From NCBI GenBank assembly GCA_036676805.1, contig JAKFCD010000004.1:17687-81686 (forward strand): 64,000 nt of DNA. Direction: 5' to 3'. The DNA is from Elusimicrobiota bacterium (GTDB lineage Bacteria; Elusimicrobiota; Elusimicrobia; UBA1565; UBA9628). Both the position numbers and the translations under genes were made by a program. The notes beneath the pieces were generated by a model that was given only the letters and a program-made list of their open reading frames with translations, had not been told where the DNA came from and made no database searches. Numbering within the stretch: the first letter of the stretch is position 1; each line of letters opens with the position of its first letter. Below are positions 9,774 to 15,813 of this stretch, piece by piece.

Positions 9774-10147
9774 GCCTTGCCGCCCTCGAGGCTGATGTCG
9801 CCGGGGCCCCGGGCGATCAGGTTGAGCAGCGCGCCCAGGATCGCGAGGTTCTTAAGGAGGTGGATGCGCTGGTCGGGGCCGGTGTGGAACACCCAGGTCG
9901 CCGCGACGAGGAACGCGGCGAGGCCGGCCGCGCCCCAGCGGGTCTTGTAGCCGAGGATGACGGCGATCGCGCCGAGCGCCTCGACGAGGATCGCCGCGAC
10001 GCACAGGAGGGCGACGGCCGGCATGCCGTGGGTCTCCATGTACTGCAAGGTCCCGTCGAAGTTGGTGATCTTGCCGAAGGCCGACGCGAGGAAGATGAGG
10101 GCCACGAACAGGCGCCCCACGAGGGCCAGCACATCGTCGGTGTCCAT
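9770..10147 (-). CDS. DoxX family membrane protein
   Basis: 125 aa with four predicted TM helices. The sequence is DoxX-like (FGKITNFDGTLQYMETHGMP...). ATGA overlap with the dnaX start. Confidence 0.7.
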   Translation of the reverse strand: MDTDDVLALVGRLFVALIFLASAFGKITNFDGTLQYMETHGMPAVALLCVAAILVEALGAIAVILGYKTRWGAAGLAAFLVAATWVFHTGPDQRIHLLKNLAILGALLNLIARGPGDISLEGGKA

Positions 10148-10242
10148 CCGATCATGTTAACAAAGAAACGCAAAGAACGACAGGGCGCCAGGTCACTGAT
10201 TATTAGGGCCTCGCCCACTACCGCGTCTGAAGATTGGGAGGC

Positions 10243-11052
10243 TCATACAGCCTTGAGGTTGTTAACGAAATCCTGAAAGGTCCGGCAGACCATCGCGCGA
10301 AAGGCTGGATCGGACCCGCCGCCGGGGCGCTGCCCTTCCACGAGGATCGTTCCTTCCGATTCGGGGGTCTTGAAATGCTTGTCGAGATTGTCCAGAAAAC
10401 GGGCATACCATTTCGGCGGGAAACCGGCTTGAAGCTTCGGGATTTCGGCTTCGCAACGCTTGCGCAGCTCCGGATAGTTGGCGAGAAGGTCGAAGACGTA
10501 ATAGAGGTCCTTCGCCTTCTTCTTAGGGTCGACGCGCTCGACGAAGCTCAGCCCCTTCTGGAAGCAGTAAGCTTCCGGCGTGGGAAACGTCGCCTCGACG
10601 TCGATCTGCTGCCCGCCGGAGGTTTCATCCTTGACGCGGACCTTCATCCTGGAAGCCAAAAGCACGTCCACATAACGCAGCAGGGTCGCCACCACCCCGG
10701 CGGGGATGGCGGTGGCCGGCCGCTCGTCCCTGCCGACGCGCGGCGTCATGAAGGTGAGCTCGATCTCCACGCCATCTTTCTCCAACTCGTAAATCGTTTC
10801 CTCAGGCCCCTTCGGACCGAAGCGGCCCAAGGGCATTCCGCCGCGGCTGCGCTCGGAGCCCTCCAGGAGTTTGCCGAGGGACGGCCGAGAGCCAGGCGAA
10901 AGATCGGCGGGCACGGTGATATCAACGTCCTTCGTTCCCAAAGGCGGCTGACCGGGCCGAGCCGTCTTGAGATATCTGTAGTAGACGAACGGCACCCAGC
11001 CGCCCGAGATCACGATATCCGGCAGGTAGGGCTTGAGCGCTTCCAGCGCCAT
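10243..11052 (-). CDS. Pol-beta-superfamily nucleotidyltransferase-fold protein (AbiEii/MNT-like). This is the downstream gene of a lower-GC two-gene cassette.
   Basis: 269 aa from the ATG at 11052, which is preceded by a GAGGA Shine-Dalgarno about 10 nt upstream. An alternative GTG start lies at 11079. The NTase signature is hG[GS] (IVISGGW) followed by DVDI (DhDh). The region is about 50-55% GC against about 70% background. Confidence 0.55.
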   Translation of the reverse strand: MALEALKPYLPDIVISGGWVPFVYYRYLKTARPGQPPLGTKDVDITVPADLSPGSRPSLGKLLEGSERSRGGMPLGRFGPKGPEETIYELEKDGVEIELTFMTPRVGRDERPATAIPAGVVATLLRYVDVLLASRMKVRVKDETSGGQQIDVEATFPTPEAYCFQKGLSFVERVDPKKKAKDLYYVFDLLANYPELRKRCEAEIPKLQAGFPPKWYARFLDNLDKHFKTPESEGTILVEGQRPGGGSDPAFRAMVCRTFQDFVNNLKAV

Positions 11053-11071
11053 AAGAAAGCTGTCCTCGTCC

Positions 11072-12136
11072 TTAGCCACCGGACGCCTCCAGATGCCATT
11101 TCGGCGCCAGGCATTTCTTGAAGAGATGCTCCGCCTGCTCCCCTCCCCGAATCGGATAGAGCTTCAAGTCCAGGTAGAGCTGGACATCGGACACGACGGA
11201 GAATCCTTTGATCACCCTGGAGCCATAACGCCCTGCCACTTGGTAATAAGGAGTCACAAGGACCAAATTGCATTCGCTTGGCGCGCCTTCCTCCAGCCGC
11301 AGTTCTTGCCGCCAATCCTCGATGCTGGCTGGAAGGCCGTCCGAATAGACGTGAACCTCCTGGAAACGGGCATGAGGGGCCACGAGCGAAGCTCCGGCCT
11401 GAAATGAAAGCAGGCCCTTGTGCTTCTGGAACGCCTTGGAAACCTTAAGAGCCTTCATGACGGCGTCGACATTGTCGGCGGGGCAACGAAATCGGTGCTG
11501 CTCCTGCTTTCGCTGACGGTAGAACTCGACCCAGTCCTGGAGAACGTCCTGAGGGCGGAAAAGCTTAAGCTTGCGGCTTTCCGAGCGGACGATGTAGCGC
11601 AACTCCTCAAGCCTGTGGCAAATCTGGCTCGCCCAGCCCGCGCTGACGCTCGCCTTCTCCGCGATCTCATTGTTGCCCCAGTAGCGCTCCGGATCGTCCA
11701 TCATGACGCGCAGCACCAAGGATGACTTGTCCGAAAAAGGACTGTTGACCTCGCGGAAGCCAGGGGCCTGCCTTTCCCGGGACCGCTGGTCGATGAGAAC
11801 GCCCGGGGCCTTAATCCAGGCGTTGCCGGCAAGGTCCACGAAGCATATCTTCTCGCCGCGCAGAAGCTCCTGCCGCTCGGGGCTCAAAGACGGCGCCGCT
11901 AGAAGCGGCATCGCCCGCTTTCCCAGGGCTATGGCCTTCAAACGCCGGACATTCTCGTTGAAATGGACGCTGGAGCGGCTCAGAAGCGCTTCCCCTAAAA
12001 ACACGTTCCGCCCGATCCGAAGCTCGAAATCCGCCCCAGCCGCACGGTCGTTAAAACGCCAGGACAGCGCGGCCTGGCCCACAAGTTGGGCCAGGCGGCT
12101 CTTTAGATGCTTTTCGAGGAAGTCCTGTTGGCGCAT
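11072..12136 (-). CDS. Winged-HTH-containing protein (AbiEi-like putative regulator/antitoxin). This is the upstream gene of the cassette.
   Basis: 354 aa. The central wHTH reads ...NNEIAEKASVSAGWASQICHRLEELRYIVR.... It has its own AT-rich promoter region with a TTGACA hexamer and a 5-6-5 inverted repeat. Its stop lies 19 nt before the NTase ATG (it would overlap an alternative GTG start). Confidence 0.5.
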   Translation of the reverse strand: MRQQDFLEKHLKSRLAQLVGQAALSWRFNDRAAGADFELRIGRNVFLGEALLSRSSVHFNENVRRLKAIALGKRAMPLLAAPSLSPERQELLRGEKICFVDLAGNAWIKAPGVLIDQRSRERQAPGFREVNSPFSDKSSLVLRVMMDDPERYWGNNEIAEKASVSAGWASQICHRLEELRYIVRSESRKLKLFRPQDVLQDWVEFYRQRKQEQHRFRCPADNVDAVMKALKVSKAFQKHKGLLSFQAGASLVAPHARFQEVHVYSDGLPASIEDWRQELRLEEGAPSECNLVLVTPYYQVAGRYGSRVIKGFSVVSDVQLYLDLKLYPIRGGEQAEHLFKKCLAPKWHLEASGG

Positions 12137-12153
12137 ATTCTTTAAATAATCAG

Positions 12154-12169
12154 TTTGGTATACACCAAA
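12154..12169. promoter_or_regulatory. Inverted repeat tttgg-N6-ccaaa in the 5' region of the wHTH gene (candidate autoregulatory operator)
   Basis: It reads tttggtatacaccaaa, 18-33 nt upstream of the ATG at 12136 on the minus strand. A TTGACA -35-like hexamer (minus-strand sense) sits at 12193-12198. Confidence 0.35.
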
Positions 12170-12401
12170 TATGTAGCAGATAGAACACTATCTGTCAATG
12201 CCCGTCGGAGAAGTGCGGCCGGGCATCGCTCTCTTCTTGCCGCACCACCGCGTCTTAAGGAAAGTTTCGTTGCCGTTTGAAAAGATCGGCGCCGAAGGCG
12301 ACGACCCTGGCCGCCCCCCGCGGGGGCGGCCATTCCGTTGGGGGGCAAATGCCGTTCAGCTCGAAGGACCCCAAAAGCCCGGGAACATGGTACGCCCAGG
12401 C

Positions 12402-12429
12402 TTGCCAAGCGGATGTTTTCCGCTATACT
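12402..12429 (+). promoter_or_regulatory. Sigma70-like promoter (TTGCCA-16 nt-TATACT) ending 6 nt before the ATG of the 12436 gene. Probably a leaderless transcript.
   Basis: -35 ttgcca at 12402-12407, -10 tatact at 12424-12429, ATG at 12436. There is no Shine-Dalgarno sequence. Confidence 0.4.
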
Positions 12430-12435
12430 AAGTCG

Positions 12436-13080
12436 ATGCGCCGGTCACTCCTCGCCATCCTCCTGCTCGCGCCCGCCCTGCCGGCGGCGGCGGCCGAGCA
12501 GGCGCCGACGCTGTGGCAGGAGCGCTTCTTCTGGGACGCCCTGCTCACCGCGCGCGACCGCCTGGCGCGCCAGCAAAGCGACCCGATGATGATCCCGGTG
12601 ATGAAGGCCATCGCCGGGCAGGTCGCCCAGCAGGTGGCCAACCTCGCCCAGATTCACCAGTACGTGCGCGCGCAGGGCGACAACCTGCGCTACGCCTACG
12701 CCCAGCCCGACCCCCAGCCGAGCCTCGACACCATCATCAACAACTTCGAGACCTTGACGACGGGCTGCGACCAGGTGCGCCAGAACCTGTACTACCTGAC
12801 CGCCCGCCAGCGTCTCGCCCAGTCGCAGGCCCTGCCCGACCCGGAGATGTACCAGACCGGCCTGCTCATCCTCGGGCAGGTGCAGCAGCTGCAGCTGACC
12901 CTGAACGCCCTGTACACCGACATGACGGCCGTGCGCGGCGTCGTCGCGGACAACGACTGGGCCAACGACCGCCACTTCAGCAACAAGACCGAGGAGCTCA
13001 TGCGCAGCATCGTGCGCGTGCAGGACTCGGTGTTCGCGGTGTACAACGCCGGCTACGAGCTGGCGATGCGCTGCCGCTGA
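12436..13080 (+). CDS. Secreted hypothetical protein (Gln/Ala-rich, 214 aa)
   Basis: It has a clear signal peptide, MRRSLLAILLLAPALPAAAAEQ. The upstream in-frame extension to 12277 lacks signal-peptide character. No domain recognised. Confidence 0.5.
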   Translation: MRRSLLAILLLAPALPAAAAEQAPTLWQERFFWDALLTARDRLARQQSDPMMIPVMKAIAGQVAQQVANLAQIHQYVRAQGDNLRYAYAQPDPQPSLDTIINNFETLTTGCDQVRQNLYYLTARQRLAQSQALPDPEMYQTGLLILGQVQQLQLTLNALYTDMTAVRGVVADNDWANDRHFSNKTEELMRSIVRVQDSVFAVYNAGYELAMRCR

Positions 13081-13084
13081 CGCC

Positions 13085-13894
13085 TTACTTCGTCGAGGCG
13101 GGAGCCGTCGACGGCGGTACCGCCAAGGCGGCGGGAAGCGAGCCGGGATATACGACCTTCGCCGTTTCGCGCCCCGCCAGCAGCTCCCGGGCCGCGCGCG
13201 CCGCCTCGCGGCCGCAGTCGCGGAAAGAGACCGTGAGCTCCCCGCGCACCTCGCCCTCGACGAGCCCCGCCGCGGGCGCGAAGAACGGCACCGCCCGCGC
13301 GCGGGAGAACTCCCGCGCCGCGCCGAACGTCTCCGGCGTCACCGAGCCGGGATCGGGCGCCAGCCAGATCGCGTCCGCGCGCACTCCATCGCGCCGCAGG
13401 AGCCGGGGCATGGCCTCCGGCCCGGTGAGGATCCGGTCGGCGATCTCGACGCCGGCCGCCGCCCCCGCCGCGGCCGCCCGGCGCGTGAACTCCGGCTCCG
13501 CCGGCGCCGCGCGCACCGCGAGCAGGCGCTTGACGCCCGCCGCCGCCAGCGCGGCCACGAGCCGTTCCGGCGAGGGCGTCATCGCGACGCGGACCGTCGT
13601 CGCGGCGCGGAGTTTCCCGCGGTAGGCGGGCGCCAGGGCCACGACCAGCGGCCGCTGGTGATCGCGCGCCCGAACCGCGGCGCGTCCGCCGAAGGCCAGG
13701 ACCACGTCGTGCGGGCCTTCCGGCAGGGGCCGGTCGGCGCGCGCGGTATCGACGGGCTCCCCCCACTCGGCGAGGAAGCCGTCGAAGGCCTCGCGCAAGG
13801 ACGGCGAGAGCGGCTCGCTCAGCACGACGAGGGCCTTCGCGGCGAAGGCCGCGGAGGGCGACAGGAGCAGGAGGGCGAGGAGTGCCGCGCGCAT
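13085..13894 (-). CDS. Periplasmic substrate-binding-like protein (ABC-type SBP fold, COG2984-like). No permease or ATPase gene is adjacent.
   Basis: 269 aa with the signal peptide MRAALLALLLLSPSAAFAAKA. The start overlaps the TonB receptor stop. The Arg-rich upstream part of the 784-aa track ORF is rejected. Confidence 0.45.
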   Translation of the reverse strand: MRAALLALLLLSPSAAFAAKALVVLSEPLSPSLREAFDGFLAEWGEPVDTARADRPLPEGPHDVVLAFGGRAAVRARDHQRPLVVALAPAYRGKLRAATTVRVAMTPSPERLVAALAAAGVKRLLAVRAAPAEPEFTRRAAAAGAAAGVEIADRILTGPEAMPRLLRRDGVRADAIWLAPDPGSVTPETFGAAREFSRARAVPFFAPAAGLVEGEVRGELTVSFRDCGREAARAARELLAGRETAKVVYPGSLPAALAVPPSTAPASTK

Positions 13895-15813
13895 CAGAAC
13901 CTCACCGTCGCGCCGCCCTGGATGCGCCGCGGGACGAGCAGCCCGTCGACGTACTCGCGGCGATAGGGCCGCTCGAGGTTCTGGCCCGCGACGAACAGCT
14001 CGAGCCAGGATGACGGGGACCACGACAGGCGCGCATCCACGCGCCAGAAGGCGTGCACGTGGTTCTGCGCGGGGCCCGCGGTCGAGTCCGCCAGATAGGC
14101 GTCCTTCCAGCCCGCGTTCATCGAGGCCCGCAGGTCGAGGGGAAGCGCCCAGTCGAAGCCGAGGTTCACCTTGTGGCGGGGCGTGGTCTTGACGTATACG
14201 TCGTGCGCGTCCTGGTCGGCGACGGTTTCCTGCGTGTAGTTGGCGTAGAGGGAGCGCCCCGCGGCGACGCGCCAGCGCGCCGCCGCCTCGAGGCCGCGCA
14301 GGATCACGGTGTTGGTGTTGTCGTAGGTGAAGTTGACGAAGGCTGGGCCGTTGGTCGCGTCGAGGTTGATGTGGTCGCGGATCTCGGTGTAGAAGCCGGT
14401 CAGTTCCAGAGTCAGCGCCCGCTCCCGGAAAAGCCCACGCCAGCCGAGCTCGTAGTTCGTGAGCGGAGAGGGCGTCAGGTTCGGGTTGCCCGCGACGTGC
14501 CCTCCCATGAACCCGCCGCCCAGGTCGAAGTTGAAGTCGGCGTAGCGATGCAGGATCTGGGGCTTGGTGTTCGCGCGCGCGTACGCGGCCCGCAAGGAAT
14601 GCTCCTCGACGGGCGCCCAGAGCACGGCGCCCTGGAAATCCTTGTGGTAGCCGCCGGCGGTGGCCGTCTCGTGGTTCATGCCGCCCATGACGCTGACCGT
14701 GGGCAGGACCCGGATCGACTGGTGCAGGAAACCGCGCACGGTGCGGTTGGCCTGGAGCGGGGTCGCGCCGTAGAGGAAGCTCGACCGCGAGGCCGCGTAG
14801 CGCCAAGCGGCGCCGTAGGTCGTGTGCAGGCGCCCGCCGCCCCACGCCACGGTGTGGAACGCCTCGGTGTCGTACTGCCAGAAGCGCACGCTCGTGTCGA
14901 GGCCGGTCCGAGCGGTGAACTCGCGGGCGAGGGACTCGCTGCGCGACGCGCGCAGCTCGAAGCTCGAGTCCGCGCCGGTCGGGGCGGTCAGCTTCAAGGT
15001 CTGGAAATGCGACAAGTCCTGCTGCTGCGGGTGGTTGGTGATCGTCTTGCCGTGGTTGAGCGAGGATATCCCCGCCAGCAGCTCGAGGCGGCTTTCTCCG
15101 AAGGTCCTGAAGCCGCGAAGATTGCCCGTGTGCTTGTGGAGGAAGTCGTGGCCCTCGACGGCGGGGTCGGCCGCCGTCGGCGCGCCGCCCTGGGTGCGCG
15201 ACGTGGCGCTCAGGCGAAGGCCGCCGCGCTCGCCGGCCGCCTCGCCGGCCGCGGACAGCTCGCCCAGGCGCCGGGTGCCGCCCTTGACCGTCGCTTCGCC
15301 CAGGGCCGGCGCGGCGGGACGGCGCGTGATGATGTTGATGACGCCGAGGCCCGCGTTGGAGCCGTACAGAGCGGCGTTGGGGCCGCGCACGATCTCGATG
15401 CGCTCGATGTCCTGAAGCTGGACGGGTATGCGTTCCCACAAGGTCGTGCCGCCGAGGGGATCGTAGACGCTGCGACCGTCGAGGAGCACGAGCAGCTCAT
15501 GGGTCCCGTCGCGCGGGATGCCGCGCACCGACACCACGGTCCGGTTGCTTCCCGCGCTCGAGCGGCCCTCGATCACGTCGAGGCCGACGCGAAAGCGCAG
15601 CAGATCCCACAGGTTGACCGCCCCGGAGGCGGCTATCTCCTCGGCGGTGACCACGTCCACCGGCACCGGGGAGCCCTGCGCCGGCATGACGCGCTTAAGC
15701 GCCGTCGACGCCCGGCCTTCCTCGGCGAAGAAGCGGTAGGCTTCATCGGTCGGCTTGGTCCGCGCCGCCGCCGGGGCGGCCGCCAGGGCGAGGAGGGCCG
15801 CGAGCCTAAACAT
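13894..15813 (-). CDS. TonB-dependent outer-membrane receptor
   Basis: 639 aa with a signal peptide, a plug domain (...VSVRGIP...GGTTLWERIP...) and a beta-barrel with a C-terminal aromatic residue (...ATVRF). Confidence 0.85.
   Translation of the reverse strand: MFRLAALLALAAAPAAARTKPTDEAYRFFAEEGRASTALKRVMPAQGSPVPVDVVTAEEIAASGAVNLWDLLRFRVGLDVIEGRSSAGSNRTVVSVRGIPRDGTHELLVLLDGRSVYDPLGGTTLWERIPVQLQDIERIEIVRGPNAALYGSNAGLGVINIITRRPAAPALGEATVKGGTRRLGELSAAGEAAGERGGLRLSATSRTQGGAPTAADPAVEGHDFLHKHTGNLRGFRTFGESRLELLAGISSLNHGKTITNHPQQQDLSHFQTLKLTAPTGADSSFELRASRSESLAREFTARTGLDTSVRFWQYDTEAFHTVAWGGGRLHTTYGAAWRYAASRSSFLYGATPLQANRTVRGFLHQSIRVLPTVSVMGGMNHETATAGGYHKDFQGAVLWAPVEEHSLRAAYARANTKPQILHRYADFNFDLGGGFMGGHVAGNPNLTPSPLTNYELGWRGLFRERALTLELTGFYTEIRDHINLDATNGPAFVNFTYDNTNTVILRGLEAAARWRVAAGRSLYANYTQETVADQDAHDVYVKTTPRHKVNLGFDWALPLDLRASMNAGWKDAYLADSTAGPAQNHVHAFWRVDARLSWSPSSWLELFVAGQNLERPYRREYVDGLLVPRRIQGGATVRF

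Noticed and set aside
12277-12435. Upstream in-frame extension (53 codons, MKRSAPKATT...) of the secreted protein gene
   Set aside because: The internal Met at 12436 starts a textbook signal peptide and is preceded by a -35/-10 promoter. The extension is Gly/Pro/Arg-rich and would bury the signal peptide.
13085-15439. 784-aa minus ORF suggesting a fusion of the SBP-like gene with upstream sequence
   Set aside because: Only the last 269 codons (from MRAALLALLLL, a signal peptide) are protein-like. The rest is an Arg-rich alternative frame of the TonB receptor gene.
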